Assembly (NCBI GenBank): GCA_035593725.1
Contig: DAOSZN010000003.1
Span: 16,096 to 80,095 of the forward strand
Length of the DNA stretch: 64,000 nucleotides
Direction: 5' to 3'
Origin: Bacillota bacterium
GTDB taxonomy: Bacteria; Bacillota; SHA-98; UBA4971
Shown here: one piece after another, positions 40,971 through 52,072 of the stretch
Numbering within the stretch: the stretch's first letter is position 1
How the letters are laid out: every line of letters begins with the position of its first letter
Made by a program: the position numbers and the translations under genes
The notes under the pieces: model-generated
The model's database searches: none
Told to the model about the DNA's origin: nothing
The model's input: only the letters and a program-made list of their open reading frames with translations

Positions 40971-42380
40971 GTGAGCTCGTTATACCTGCTCAAGCCTGAA
41001 AGTATTGATCCTGAAGCAGACATCAATGGAATTATGCCTATTTTCTTAGAACATGGAGTCGCATATGTCGTATCACCTGATAGCACATTCCTAGGCGCGA
41101 TCTATAAATCTTCTCTGCCCTTTACGCCGGACTTCTTGGCTAAAGCAGCTGACCACATGAAGGCGAAAGATCTAATGACTCCAAGAGAAGATATCCCCTG
41201 TGTTTTCCCGGAAACTCACTTAGAAGCAGCGATTTCTGTCTTCCTGGAAACGGAATACCAAGAACTCCCGGTGCTTGAGAATGACCGCTTAGTCGGATCC
41301 TTGCCTCTGCGTTCCATACTGAAAGGAATGACAGAGGCTTTAGTTTCATTAGAAAGTCAAAAGGAACAAGAAAAACGCTCAGGCATCATTCTTCAATCCA
41401 TAAATGAAGGCCTTATTATGATAGATAAGGCCTTAATAATCCGAGAGTATAATCGCGCTGCTGAAGAACTTCTTGGCGCCAAAGCTTCTGAGAGAATAGG
41501 CAGCAAGGCTGTGGCCGTTACAAAGGGCGAATCGCCGGTATTTGAGGTTATGCAGACAGGAAAACCGCGTTTTAACGTAATGAGTCCTTTGGCAGACGGG
41601 CGTATATTCTCTGTAAACTATGTCCCGATGCTGGAAAACGGCAATGTTGTAGGTGTGATTCAAACATTCCGAGACATTACTGAACAAGAGACAATGCGCG
41701 CGGAACTCGTGGCCTCCAGGGATGAACTGGACCGCGCCTTTGCGCTTACTCTTCCAAATTCCAGAGTCGAGCACAAACTGAAGAATACACCGGAATACAG
41801 AGATATCTATAATCTTGACAACGGTCAGATCACAATAACTGAGGTTATTGCAGACGGAGGTTACAAACACGTAGTAAATGCCCTTAAAGTGCTTGCAGAT
41901 CTTAATAACAAGGGTATTATGTCACTCCTTGGAATCAATAAGGATGTGTTAGTCCAAAGCATCATCTTTCATGACCTGGGCAAGTCTCAACCCCAGTTTG
42001 AAATAGGCCAGACTGTAAATCCCCTGGATGAGTTTGAAGAAAGTTATGCCCATGCTCAAAGGAGCGCAGACATAGCAGCTCACTTCTACCAGCGTGAAGC
42101 TGATGTTATCTGGTTAATCAAATACCATCATCATGAAGAGTCTCAGCTTCCCGGTGATTTTCCTAACCACTTGAGACCTATGCTACGCCTCTTAAAACTA
42201 GTGGACGGGCTATCAGCTGCGCTTACGCGGCGCGATGCTACTATCCGGTTGGATGTGGACGGAACGAGAGTTTATATTTATGAGCGCAATGCCCATCCTG
42301 ATTTCAACAGATCAAGAGTTGTCGATCTCTTTACCGGAGAAACAATAGAAATACCTGACTACCCTGCTACTACAGGATAG
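40971..42380 (+). CDS. CBS–PAS–HD-domain signalling protein (putative phosphohydrolase)
   Basis: 469 aa. N-terminal CBS pair, a central PAS fold (…NYVPMLENGNVVGVIQTFRDITEQE), and a C-terminal HD motif IIFHDLGK…YHHHEE. The start is uncertain: GTG at 40971 has a weak RBS. Confidence 0.55.
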   Translation: MSSLYLLKPESIDPEADINGIMPIFLEHGVAYVVSPDSTFLGAIYKSSLPFTPDFLAKAADHMKAKDLMTPREDIPCVFPETHLEAAISVFLETEYQELPVLENDRLVGSLPLRSILKGMTEALVSLESQKEQEKRSGIILQSINEGLIMIDKALIIREYNRAAEELLGAKASERIGSKAVAVTKGESPVFEVMQTGKPRFNVMSPLADGRIFSVNYVPMLENGNVVGVIQTFRDITEQETMRAELVASRDELDRAFALTLPNSRVEHKLKNTPEYRDIYNLDNGQITITEVIADGGYKHVVNALKVLADLNNKGIMSLLGINKDVLVQSIIFHDLGKSQPQFEIGQTVNPLDEFEESYAHAQRSADIAAHFYQREADVIWLIKYHHHEESQLPGDFPNHLRPMLRLLKLVDGLSAALTRRDATIRLDVDGTRVYIYERNAHPDFNRSRVVDLFTGETIEIPDYPATTG

Positions 42381-42411
42381 CCAGGCATTCCCACGCAATC
42401 AGTTATTATCG

Positions 42412-43659
42412 TTACATTAATTCCGGATAAAGCGGGAAACGCTTAGTTAAGTTCTCTACCTTGTATTTAGCGTTCCTAAGCACGGTTTCATCATCAGGGT
42501 TATCTAAGACATCTGCAATAATCCCTGCTATTTCCTGCATTTCGGCATCTTTCATACCTCGTGTTGTCACCGCCGGAGTCCCGATTCGGAGCCCACTGGT
42601 GATAAAAGGCTTCTCAGGATCAAAGGGGATTGTATTCTTGTTCACAGTAATTGAGCAGCTATCAAGGAGCCTTTCAGCTTGGAGCCCGGTCAATCCATGC
42701 TCTCTAACGCTCACCAGCATCAAGTGATTGTCAGTGCCGCCGGAGATGACTCTAAAACCACGATCCATAAGCGCCTTGGCAAAGACTTTCGCATTCCTTA
42801 CTACCTGTGTCTGGTAAGTCTTGAACTCAGGCGAAGCAGCTTCTTTAAGAGCGACAGCCTTGCCGGCTATTACATGCATCAGGGGGCCTCCTTGAGTTCC
42901 CGGGAATACAGCTTGGTCTATTCTCTTTGCGAACGCTTCCTGACACAGGATTAACCCGCCTCGCGGGCCTCGAAGCGTCTTATGTGTTGTCGTGGTAACA
43001 AATTCAGCGTAAGGAACAGGGCTCGGGTGAAGGCCTGTTGCCACAAGCCCTGCAATATGGGCCATATCCACCATCACAAGGGCATCTACCTCGTCAGCAA
43101 TTCGGCGTATTCTCGGAAAATCAATAATCCGAGGATACGCGCTGGCGCCTGCCACAATCATCTTCGGCTTATGTTTCTTCGCAAGATCGAAGAGGGCATC
43201 ATAGTCAATAGTTTCCGTCTCTTTGGTGACTCCGTAAGGAATAAAATTGAAGTACTTTCCTGAGAGGTTTATTGGGTGGCCATGGGTGAGATGTCCGCCA
43301 TGGGAAAGATCCATCCCGAGAACAGTGTCACCAGGTGAAAGCATGGCGAAGTAGACAGCTGTATTGGCCTGTGCTCCTGAGTGAGGCTGCACGTTAGCAT
43401 GATCTGCGCCAAATAAGGCTTTTGCTCTCTCTATTGCAAGACTCTCAATAACATCGACATACTCACATCCACCATAATAGCGCTTACCAGGATAGCCTTC
43501 TGCATACTTATTAGTCGCAGTAGATCCCTGGGCTTCCATAACCGCCCTGCTTGTGAAGTTCTCAGAGGCTATCAACTCAATATTACATCTCTGACGTTCT
43601 GTTTCTGCCTGCAACGCATCAGCAACTTCCGGGTCAATGGCTCTGACAATATTGTACAC
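42412..43659 (-). CDS. glyA: Serine hydroxymethyltransferase
   Basis: 415 aa, full-length SHMT. PLP-lysine region [14 protein letters not shown]. Confidence 0.95.
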   Translation of the reverse strand: MYNIVRAIDPEVADALQAETERQRCNIELIASENFTSRAVMEAQGSTATNKYAEGYPGKRYYGGCEYVDVIESLAIERAKALFGADHANVQPHSGAQANTAVYFAMLSPGDTVLGMDLSHGGHLTHGHPINLSGKYFNFIPYGVTKETETIDYDALFDLAKKHKPKMIVAGASAYPRIIDFPRIRRIADEVDALVMVDMAHIAGLVATGLHPSPVPYAEFVTTTTHKTLRGPRGGLILCQEAFAKRIDQAVFPGTQGGPLMHVIAGKAVALKEAASPEFKTYQTQVVRNAKVFAKALMDRGFRVISGGTDNHLMLVSVREHGLTGLQAERLLDSCSITVNKNTIPFDPEKPFITSGLRIGTPAVTTRGMKDAEMQEIAGIIADVLDNPDDETVLRNAKYKVENLTKRFPLYPELM

Positions 43660-43716
43660 CGACTATGCCCTCCCCCTTAGAATTTGTGATCCAAGGGCTT
43701 ACCCACGAGTGTACCA

Positions 43717-44601
43717 CTACCAGCCCCTGGTTTGCAGTTTCTCCTCGTCTTTAAGGGTTGCTGCCGCCATTCCTTCCATGGGTTTCCCAAGCCCTTTCGA
43801 CACCTTCAAAAGGATGTCAGGGTTGTCAAAATTAGCGGTAGCTTCAACAATTGCCCTGGCTCTTGCAGGTGGATCATCAGACTTGAATATCCCTGATCCG
43901 ACAAATACTCCTTCAGCGCCCAGCTGCATCATAAGGGCTGCGTCCGCCGGAGTGGCGACCCCGCCGGCTGCGAAATTAACCACAGGAAGCCTACCTTCTT
44001 TAGCCACCCATACAATTAGCTCATATGGAGCCTTCATATCCCTGGCAATTGCCATAAGCTCATCGTCACGCATCCCATGAAGTCTACGAATCTCACTCTG
44101 AACACGTCTCATATGTCGGACAGCTTCAACTACATCCCCTGTCCCTGCCTCACCCTTTGTGCGCATCATAGACGCCCCTTCCGCAATACGGCGAAGCGCT
44201 TCTCCGAGGTTACGGCATCCACAAACAAAAGGGACTTTAAATTGGTGTTTATCTATATGATGCTCTTCATCGGCAGGGGTCAAGACTTCGCTTTCATCTA
44301 TAAAGTCCACTCCGAGGGCTTCCAGTATTTGAGCTTCAACAAAGTGACCGATACGGCACTTAGCCATGACAGGGATCTCCACAGCTTCCATAATGGAGTG
44401 AATTATGTCCGGATTGGACATTCTCGCAATCCCACCATGAGCCCTTATGTCCGCAGGCACTCTCTCCAGCGCCATTACTGCGACGGCTCCTGCGTCTTCA
44501 GCTATTTTCGCCTGTTCAGGAGTGGTGACATCCATAATCACGCCGCCTCTGAACTTCTCTGCGACAGCCATTTTTGCTTCAATCACTGATTTGTTCCCCA
44601 T
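43717..44601 (-). CDS. pdxS: Pyridoxal 5'-phosphate synthase lyase subunit
   Basis: 294 aa, full-length PdxS/SNZ ((βα)8 barrel), with GGVIMDV…[13 protein letters not shown]. No adjacent pdxT. Confidence 0.9.
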   Translation of the reverse strand: MGNKSVIEAKMAVAEKFRGGVIMDVTTPEQAKIAEDAGAVAVMALERVPADIRAHGGIARMSNPDIIHSIMEAVEIPVMAKCRIGHFVEAQILEALGVDFIDESEVLTPADEEHHIDKHQFKVPFVCGCRNLGEALRRIAEGASMMRTKGEAGTGDVVEAVRHMRRVQSEIRRLHGMRDDELMAIARDMKAPYELIVWVAKEGRLPVVNFAAGGVATPADAALMMQLGAEGVFVGSGIFKSDDPPARARAIVEATANFDNPDILLKVSKGLGKPMEGMAAATLKDEEKLQTRGW

Positions 44602-44758
44602 CTTTGCGGTCCCTCCATTGGAATTTAACTTCCCCTTGTCATTTTACTACAGTGAGAGTGTTAGAACAAGGTTATAATTGTAGTTATATTGTAGTTCCGG
44701 TTCAAATCAGGCTTAGTTTAGACTTAAAATCCTAGATCATACAAACCCTCTTCACCTG

Positions 44759-45916
44759 TTAAAGACTGCTTATCGCTGTGTCTAATCTCCTTAGAGCCTT
44801 CTCTAAGGTGGAACGGGGACAACCGATGTTCATTCTGACAAAGCCTTCTCCCCCGCTCCCAAAGGAATAACCCTGGTTAACCCAAAGCCCGGCCTTCTCC
44901 AGCATAAACCCTTCTAAACTGTCATTATCCATTCCGAGTTCTCTGCAATCCAACCAAGCCAAGTATGTACCCTCCGGTTCCGCTGTCTTAATCTGCGGAA
45001 GCCTGGCATTTATGTACCCTATCAGGAAATCCCGGTTGCCTCTTAGATAGTCCAAGAGCGCATCCAGCCACTCATCTCCATAAGTATATGCAGCTTCAGC
45101 TGCTATGCCTCCGAAAATCGTCGCCCGCTTCGGGAGGATTGTGTTGGCATACTCCCGGCGTATCCTAGCATTGGGTATTACCAGATACGCTGTGTTCAAC
45201 CCTGCCAGATTAAACGTCTTACTGGGAGCAATAGATGTAATGGTATTTTCAGCGAATTCATCACAAATTGAAGCTAAGGGAATATGCTTGTACCCCTTGT
45301 ATATAATGTCACAATGGATTTCGTCTGAAATTACGACGACCTCATTCTCCAGGCAAATATTGCCAAGCCTGGTCAGCTCTTCCTGAGTCCAAACCCTGCC
45401 TACAGGGTTATGAGGATTACAGAGAATCAATGCCTTCGTCCTTGGATCCCTTGCCTTTTCTTCAAGATCAAGAAAATCCATTGTATAACGCTTGTTTTCA
45501 TATTTAAGCTGATTATTCATCACATGACAACCACTGTCCCTGATAGCTCTGAAAAACGGGGCATAAACCGGGGATTGAAGGATAACCTTGTCTCCCGGAC
45601 GGGTAAGGACTTGAAGAATCTCACGTATTCCCGGCATAACACCGGGAGTAAACACTATCCATTCCCGCTCCGTTGTCCAGTTATGTCTACGGCTGACCCA
45701 ATCTATCACTGCTTTATAAAGGCTGTCCGATTCAGCTGTGTAACCATAGACACCGTGTCGAGCCCTTTTTTCTATCGCGTCCCGTACCTCGCGAGGGGAC
45801 TCGAAATCCATATCCGCAACCCACATGGGAATTACATCGTTATCCCGCAAATCCCATTTGACAGAGCCTGTACCGCGCCGTTCAACTCTCTTGTCAAAGT
45901 CAAAGTAAGATTTCAT
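44759..45916 (-). CDS. patB: MalY/PatB-type C-S lyase (class I/II aminotransferase fold; cystathionine beta-lyase-like)
   Basis: N-terminus YFDFDKRVERRGTGSVKWD is diagnostic of PatB/MalY. ATG at 45916 follows TGGAGG, so the ORF-track start at 45931 is upstream of the RBS. Confidence 0.8.
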   Translation of the reverse strand: MKSYFDFDKRVERRGTGSVKWDLRDNDVIPMWVADMDFESPREVRDAIEKRARHGVYGYTAESDSLYKAVIDWVSRRHNWTTEREWIVFTPGVMPGIREILQVLTRPGDKVILQSPVYAPFFRAIRDSGCHVMNNQLKYENKRYTMDFLDLEEKARDPRTKALILCNPHNPVGRVWTQEELTRLGNICLENEVVVISDEIHCDIIYKGYKHIPLASICDEFAENTITSIAPSKTFNLAGLNTAYLVIPNARIRREYANTILPKRATIFGGIAAEAAYTYGDEWLDALLDYLRGNRDFLIGYINARLPQIKTAEPEGTYLAWLDCRELGMDNDSLEGFMLEKAGLWVNQGYSFGSGGEGFVRMNIGCPRSTLEKALRRLDTAISSL

Positions 45917-46177
45917 CAGTGGAACCTCCATAGTATATGTATCTACGCTCTTATGTGAAACACTAATTCTAATCTATACCCTGACAATACGATTAGCAAG
46001 TAGCAAGAGCATGCTGCCTCAGTCTTATTCCAAAGCAATATCGGACACAAATCAAGAGAAAGTCACGGTATGTCTTGAATGTATGTTATCTTTTGGATAA
46101 ACTGAAACTGTAGCAGTGCTTTCTGAGGATACAGAAGTTATACAAATCTTATAATTAATTTTGGGAGGGTTACCGAA

Positions 46178-47035
46178 ATGCCTAGCTCATTATTTAGCAT
46201 TTTGTGGATGATCATAATAGTATCAAGCCTCCTCTCCCCCCTGTTTGACAGAAGAAAAACAGATCTCGCTCGGGTGAAGCTTCTCAATTCTCTGTCGCGC
46301 AAGAGAGGCTCGCGGGTGATTTCAATGATCCATCGGATGGAGGCCGTTAGTTTCCTGGGGATCCCTATCTCCCGTCATATTGATATTGAAGACTCAGAGC
46401 AAGTCCTAAGAGCGATAAGACACACACCGAAAGATGTACCGATTGATATCATACTCCATACACCCGGAGGCTTGGTGCTGGCTGCAGAGCAGATTGCAAG
46501 GGCTATAGCAAGCCATGAAGCAAAAGTTACAGTGTTTGTACCCCACTTCGCAATGTCAGGCGGTACGCTCCTGGCACTTGCAGCAGACGAGATCATTATG
46601 GATGAACATGCAGTTTTAGGTCCCGTAGACCCTCAGCTTGGCAATTATCCTGCAGTATCCATTTTGAAAGCTATTGAGCAGAAGGATAAGAATTCGCTGG
46701 ATGACAGCACACTGATACTTGGCGATATGGCAGCGAAAGCCATGGTTCAAGTATACGAAAGCGTCCATAACTTGCTTCTCTCGAAATTCCCTGAGGATAA
46801 AGCCGAAGAGATTGCAAGAACCTTGACGGAAGGTCGTTGGACTCACGATTATCCGATTACATGCCAAATGCTTCAGGATATGGGACTCGCTGTCTGCAAC
46901 GAGATGCCGGCCGAGGTGTATCGACTTATGGAGCTTTACCCGCAACCTGCTCAGCGCAGGCCTTCTGTCCAATATGTCCCTGTGCCTTTTGAGAGAAAAT
47001 CCCCGACATCTCCGTCTCGCGGAAAAGAGGGATAA
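46178..47035 (+). CDS. SDH-family Clp-fold serine proteinase (membrane-anchored ClpP/SppA-like)
   Basis: 285 aa. N-terminal transmembrane helix, then KRGSRVISMIHRME…ILHTPGG…MSGGT, a ClpP-fold active-site region. Confidence 0.6.
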   Translation: MPSSLFSILWMIIIVSSLLSPLFDRRKTDLARVKLLNSLSRKRGSRVISMIHRMEAVSFLGIPISRHIDIEDSEQVLRAIRHTPKDVPIDIILHTPGGLVLAAEQIARAIASHEAKVTVFVPHFAMSGGTLLALAADEIIMDEHAVLGPVDPQLGNYPAVSILKAIEQKDKNSLDDSTLILGDMAAKAMVQVYESVHNLLLSKFPEDKAEEIARTLTEGRWTHDYPITCQMLQDMGLAVCNEMPAEVYRLMELYPQPAQRRPSVQYVPVPFERKSPTSPSRGKEG

Positions 47036-47101
47036 CACAAAACATACGAGACAGTTTAGGGGACACAAAAAAGCTCCTTTTTGACACAAAGCAAAAATAA
47101 A

Positions 47102-47177
47102 TGGTGGAGACGAGGAGATTCGAACTCCCGACCTCGTGAGTGCGATTCACGCGCTCTCCCAACTGAGCTACGTCCCC
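47102..47177 (-). tRNA. tRNA-Ala, anticodon CGC
   Basis: GGGGACG acceptor with G3·U70 wobble (the Ala identity element), anticodon stem CGTGA/TCACG with loop ATCGCAC, T-arm GGGAG-TTCGAAT-CTCCT, and CCA. Confidence 0.85.
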
Positions 47178-47237
47178 ACCTTAAGATTATCTTGCATTGT
47201 CCATCGCTCAGATACTAGCATATCCCGCTGCTCGAAG

Positions 47238-48749
47238 TCAAGAGCGGCGAATGGGGCGCATCGTTGGGAACAGAATTACATCTCTTATTGAGTCTTGGTT
47301 AGTAATGAGCATCACTAACCTGTCAATACCTATACCCATACCTCCTGTGGGAGGCATACCGTGTTCAAGAGCAAGCAAGAAATCCTCATCCATCATATGG
47401 GCTTCTTCGTCGCCCTTGTCGCGGAGCGCGACTTGCGCCTCAAACCGTTTTCGCTGGTCAATCGGGTCATTTAACTCACTGAAGGCATTAGCCATTTCAC
47501 GACCGCCGATAATCAACTCAAACCTATATGTATACCGAGGATCGTCCTTTCTCCTTCTGGCCAGTGGCGATACCTCTATAGGATAGTCTGTGATAAAGGT
47601 GGGGCGTATCAGTTCCGGTTCAACCAGCTGGTCATAAATCTCGGCCAAGACAGCCCCACGCGAACTGTCCTCTCCTATTTCAACCCCGAGAGAGTCTGCA
47701 GCCTTCTTGGCATCGCTATCGGTTTCAATCTTCGTAAAGTCTACACCTGTATGTTCAAGCACTGCGTCAACCATAGTCAGCCTGGGCCATGGCGGCGTAA
47801 GATCCACCTCTTGGTCCCCACACATTACGATCGGAGTCCCCAGCACCTTAGTTGCCACATAGTGAATGAGATTCTCGGCAAGATTCATCATATCCTGATA
47901 ATCAGCATATGCTTCATAAAGCTCAAGCATGGTAAACTCAGGATTGTGCTTAGTGGATATGCCTTCATTTCTATACACACGGCCAATCTCGTAGACTTTT
48001 TCAAGCCCACCCACTATCAAACGCTTCAGGTGCAGTTCCAAGGCAATTCGCATATAAAGATCAATATCAAGGGCGTTATGGTGCGTAATGAAAGGTCTTG
48101 CACTGGCGCCTCCGGGAATAGTGTGCAAAGAAGAAGTCTCGACTTCAATGAAACCACGTGAATCAAGGAATTCCCTCACTGCCTTGAGTACAGCCGTGCG
48201 TTGCAGGAACACCCGACGCACATCAGGATTGACGATAAGGTCAAGGTAACGGTGCCTATAACGAAGGTCAACATCAACCAGACCATGCCACTTTTCAGGC
48301 AAGGGACGAAGAGCCTTACAGAGAAGGGAAAACTCGCTTATCTCAACGCTTATTTCTCCTCTGCGGGTGCGAAACACCTTTCCTACTACGCCTATGATAT
48401 CCCCAATATCTAAGGATGTAAAAAGTTCATAGTCGTCTTCACCGAGGGAATCAACTTTTGCGTACACCTGTATACGGCCGGAAAGATCCAGAATATCCGC
48501 AAAAGTAGCCTTGCCATGACCGCGCATAGCCATTAATCTGCCTGCTATCCTCACGACACTCCCATCAAGATCCGGGAAATTCTCTGTAATTTCCTTGCTA
48601 AGATGCGTTCGCTCAAATCTGGCTCCAAAAGGATCCACACCCTTGGCCCGGAGGGTTTCAAGTTTTTCCATTCGGACTCGTACGTGTTCGCTGTCAAGCT
48701 GCGAATAAGATAATTCTCCGTCGTTCCCTCCGTTGCTTTCCAGGTTCAT
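47238..48749 (-). CDS. lysS: Lysine--tRNA ligase, class II
   Basis: 503 aa, full-length LysRS with an N-terminal OB anticodon-binding domain and a class II catalytic core. Confidence 0.95.
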   Translation of the reverse strand: MNLESNGGNDGELSYSQLDSEHVRVRMEKLETLRAKGVDPFGARFERTHLSKEITENFPDLDGSVVRIAGRLMAMRGHGKATFADILDLSGRIQVYAKVDSLGEDDYELFTSLDIGDIIGVVGKVFRTRRGEISVEISEFSLLCKALRPLPEKWHGLVDVDLRYRHRYLDLIVNPDVRRVFLQRTAVLKAVREFLDSRGFIEVETSSLHTIPGGASARPFITHHNALDIDLYMRIALELHLKRLIVGGLEKVYEIGRVYRNEGISTKHNPEFTMLELYEAYADYQDMMNLAENLIHYVATKVLGTPIVMCGDQEVDLTPPWPRLTMVDAVLEHTGVDFTKIETDSDAKKAADSLGVEIGEDSSRGAVLAEIYDQLVEPELIRPTFITDYPIEVSPLARRRKDDPRYTYRFELIIGGREMANAFSELNDPIDQRKRFEAQVALRDKGDEEAHMMDEDFLLALEHGMPPTGGMGIGIDRLVMLITNQDSIRDVILFPTMRPIRRS

Positions 48750-48753
48750 CTTA

Positions 48754-49233
48754 TCACCTCGAAATCTCTAAAACTTGGAACTTAAGAGTCCCTACAGGCG
48801 CAAAGACATCCACAATGCTGCCTGCAGGCTTGCCCAAAATTGCCTTTCCCACAGGAGACTCATTGGAAATACGGAAATTGGCCGGATCAGCCTCAGCTGA
48901 GCCCACAATTACATATTCAAAGACCTCTCCTCCGGCCAGGTCTTTTAGCCTCACTTTTGATCCTAGGCGGACAGTATCTGTATCAAGTTCGTCTTCATCA
49001 ATGATTTCGGCGTTTCTAAGCATCGCCTCAAGTTGAGCGATACGCCCTTCAACAAATGCCTGCTCGTTCTTGGCGTCCTCATATTCAGAGTTATCCGTGA
49101 TATCGCCGAAAGCTTTAGCATCCTTGATTCTTGCTGCAACCTCGCGCCGCCTGGTAGTCTTAAGGTGCTCCAGTTCCTTTTCAAGCTTCTTGAGCCCTTC
49201 CAGGGTAAGAACTACCTTCTGCGCCATAGCCAT
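48754..49233 (-). CDS. greA: Transcription elongation factor GreA
   Basis: 159 aa with an N-terminal coiled-coil carrying acidic tip residues and a C-terminal FKBP-like domain. Promoter TTGACA-17-CATAAT on the minus strand is at 49354-49382. Confidence 0.9.
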   Translation of the reverse strand: MAMAQKVVLTLEGLKKLEKELEHLKTTRRREVAARIKDAKAFGDITDNSEYEDAKNEQAFVEGRIAQLEAMLRNAEIIDEDELDTDTVRLGSKVRLKDLAGGEVFEYVIVGSAEADPANFRISNESPVGKAILGKPAGSIVDVFAPVGTLKFQVLEISR

Positions 49234-49497
49234 ACTGCTGATGCCTCCTTAATCCATGGATCGTCCTTGTACATCTTGGCATCGCGCGACGTAGCCAAGC
49301 TTACTCAGGCTTGCGCTATGTCCACATCGCGCGACGCCTTATCGCATGCCAATATTATGTCTTCTGCCCTCTCTCTTGTCAAGTCGCCACTACGAGTACT
49401 TTTTTCACGTGAGACAGCGATCCTCTGGTTGGAGCGCTCATCCTGTGAAGCAACAGCAATTCAGCAAGAATTTGGCGTGGAATCCACGTGTATTTGA

Positions 49498-50421
49498 TTA
49501 CTGAAATACTTCGACCCTGGGGCGAAATTCAAGTCTCGTCAGAATATCCAAATAGTCAGAGGGCGTGAAATCTTCAGGCCTACGCCCTGTAAGGGCTACC
49601 AGCACCGCATCTATCACGTTAGTGGCAAAAGACCTCCCGTTGAACTCAGGTGTAGACACGACAAGTGTCTTGACTCCTCGCGACCTAAAAGCCTCAACGT
49701 CTTCTGTTGTCACTGTATTTGTTATGATAACTTTCCCCGAAAGGTCATCGGGCATGTGCTTCTTAATGAAATGGCAGTCACCTCCGATAATATCCGCCCA
49801 TTCATATACTGAGGTAAACTTTGGCACAATCTGCTCCTGACTCTTTCCTGTCGGGTATAGCATGCTGATAGGCATATGGCTGATGATAGGCATTAAAAGG
49901 GCAGCAAGCACCCGGAGAGTTGAGAGACTGGACGGAAAAACGGAAATTCCCAAGGCGAACGCGAGGTCGCCGATTCTCAAATTGCATCCGGACTCAACAA
50001 GAGTGGACGCCATGCCGTACCTGTCCAGAGCACAAACAATAAATGCATTCTTGCCATCAAGCGGTATTTTCTCCTCATCACGGATATACTGGACAGCTCT
50101 GCGCTCAATGACTCCCTTTAACATACTCCCGTCAGCGACCGGAGTCTTTTGGGCAGCCTTCGCCATCCTGTCAGCTTCCCGTAGGGTATATCGTTTGTTC
50201 CCTAAGAAGAACCATCTATCCGTACCGCCCAGACCTATGGCGTCAACCTTTCCGTCCAGGCTGCGAATAAGTTCCACTGCCTTCTCAATATCGCCGTTGG
50301 TCCCGCGACGTTCAACTATGATTTCCTCTCCGAGCAACGTTATTTGCGCCTTGTGATCCCGCTTTGTAGAGCCAAGGCTCACACCGACTACATGCTTCAA
50401 ATGACCCCGCCCCCATTCCAA
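49498..50421 (-). CDS. Conserved protein often annotated as quinate 5-dehydrogenase-like (NAD-binding-like fold); function unknown
   Basis: 307 aa, HVVGVSLGSTKRDH…GLGGTD. Assignment is by recollection of a Firmicutes family and carries low certainty. Confidence 0.35.
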   Translation of the reverse strand: MEWGRGHLKHVVGVSLGSTKRDHKAQITLLGEEIIVERRGTNGDIEKAVELIRSLDGKVDAIGLGGTDRWFFLGNKRYTLREADRMAKAAQKTPVADGSMLKGVIERRAVQYIRDEEKIPLDGKNAFIVCALDRYGMASTLVESGCNLRIGDLAFALGISVFPSSLSTLRVLAALLMPIISHMPISMLYPTGKSQEQIVPKFTSVYEWADIIGGDCHFIKKHMPDDLSGKVIITNTVTTEDVEAFRSRGVKTLVVSTPEFNGRSFATNVIDAVLVALTGRRPEDFTPSDYLDILTRLEFRPRVEVFQ

Positions 50422-50436
50422 AAATCCAATTCCATG

Positions 50437-50964
50437 CTATTTGCTAACGACTTCTCCGATGATTTTACGGATCATTTCCGGATCCATGTGCGCGTCCTGC
50501 TTAATAGGTGATGTGCCAATAACAATACTTATCACACGGTTCCCGAGGATTGATTCTACAAGGTTGCACCTCATATCCGAGCCGATGAAGATCACAACAT
50601 CATAGATCTGTAGTTTGCTTATAATTGCCATTATTTCATTGAGCACCTCAAGGCCGGACCTCTCACGGACATATCTCCATCGCTCTTCATCATTCATGAG
50701 AAAAATAAAATCTATGCCTTCTTCACTGGCCACTTCATGAATTTCATCCTTGTTGCCCACAGGAAAGCCAACCAGTGCAACTCTTCCTCCTTTACGGACC
50801 TCGCCGAGACTTTCCAGGCGTGAAATAAAGACCCTGTCTATGCCGACTCTGTCTGCAGTTTCTTGTTGTGATAATCCGTTAGATCTAAGATCCAGAATTC
50901 TCTCGACGGTCTTCAGAAGGCGTCCCTTATCTATTAGCTTCTCTCCTATACGTACAAACTCCAG
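50437..50964 (-). CDS. HTH plus DRTGG-domain regulator; start codon uncertain (possible CUG) or frameshifted
   Basis: The reading frame is open from 50992 with no ATG, GTG or TTG before 50760. The N-terminal part encodes an HTH (LSQQETADRVGIDRVFISRLE). The C-terminal part is a DRTGG-like domain (VVIFIGSDMRCNLVESILG). RBS AGGAGG is followed 9 nt later by CTG. An out-of-frame ATG after the RBS opens an 8-codon mini-ORF. Confidence 0.45.
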   Translation of the reverse strand: MEFVRIGEKLIDKGRLLKTVERILDLRSNGLSQQETADRVGIDRVFISRLESLGEVRKGGRVALVGFPVGNKDEIHEVASEEGIDFIFLMNDEERWRYVRERSGLEVLNEIMAIISKLQIYDVVIFIGSDMRCNLVESILGNRVISIVIGTSPIKQDAHMDPEMIRKIIGEVVSK

Positions 50965-51034
50965 AGCATTCCACCTCCTGCTCTTAGCCTGACTTGATCC
51001 GATAACTGTTTACATATTTGTGCACACACTTATT

Positions 51035-52072
51035 CTAGCAAAGGCCCAAGGAGAATGCAATCTTTAGAGCTTCGGCCATTTCATCTCTGGTTTTCGCTGC
51101 GTTAATGTGGATACGGGCCTCTGCAGCCCCTGGAATGCCCCGGACATACCATGCTGCATGTTTCCTCATCTTCAGCACGGCTCCTTTTTCGCCTGCAAGC
51201 TGAATGAGCATATCAAGATGCCTAAGGGCTAATGTCACTCGTTCCTCATACGTTGGGGGCGGGGGTTTTGTCCCTCGGTTGAGCAACACGACAATATCCC
51301 TAATCAACCATGGATTGCCCAAGGCGGCTCTGCCAATCATAACCCCGTCGCAACCTGTTTCAACAAGCATTCTCTTGGCATCCTGTGGAGATCGGATATC
51401 ACCGTTACCAATAACCGGAATTGATACAGCTTCTTTTACTTTCTTGATTATGTTCCAGTCAGCTGCTCCCGAATAAAACTGATCCCGGGTTCGTCCGTGG
51501 ACTGCAACAAGGGAAGCTCCGGCTGCTTCCACTGCATCTGCAAGTTCAACTGCATTTATCAGTTCTCGGTTCCAACCCATCCTCATCTTGACCGTAACCG
51601 GAACATTGACTGCGGAAGCAACAGATTCAACAATATCCCGGGCAAGGGGTACATTTTGCATTAAGGCTGCACCTTCTCCGTTTCTCACAATCTTCGGAGT
51701 CGGACAACCCATATTAATATCAATGATCTCAGGTGCAGCCAGTTCTTCAACAAGCCTTGCTGCACCTGCCATAGTCTTGGGATCACTCCCGAACAGCTGG
51801 ACGGCAATGGGTCGTTCCAAATCTGAGATCCTGAGCATACCCTTGGTCTTTTCATTTCCGTATATGAGTGCCTTATCAGAAATCATCTCTGTATATACAA
51901 GAGCACAACCCATTTCTTTCACAATAAGCCGGTATGCCTGATCTGTAACCCCTGCCATAGGCGCCAGCGCAACAGGTGTTTGACCTGTAAAATCAACTCC
52001 GCCGATGGAAATGCCGGTGTCACAGTTGCTATCCTTAATTCTGCTTGCGGGAGTCTTCCCATGTTGTAACAT
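51035..52072 (-). CDS. dusB: tRNA-dihydrouridine synthase
   Basis: 345 aa. LAPMAGVTD…GCP…[15 protein letters not shown]-barrel motifs and a C-terminal helical domain. Confidence 0.85.
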   Translation of the reverse strand: MLQHGKTPASRIKDSNCDTGISIGGVDFTGQTPVALAPMAGVTDQAYRLIVKEMGCALVYTEMISDKALIYGNEKTKGMLRISDLERPIAVQLFGSDPKTMAGAARLVEELAAPEIIDINMGCPTPKIVRNGEGAALMQNVPLARDIVESVASAVNVPVTVKMRMGWNRELINAVELADAVEAAGASLVAVHGRTRDQFYSGAADWNIIKKVKEAVSIPVIGNGDIRSPQDAKRMLVETGCDGVMIGRAALGNPWLIRDIVVLLNRGTKPPPPTYEERVTLALRHLDMLIQLAGEKGAVLKMRKHAAWYVRGIPGAAEARIHINAAKTRDEMAEALKIAFSLGLC

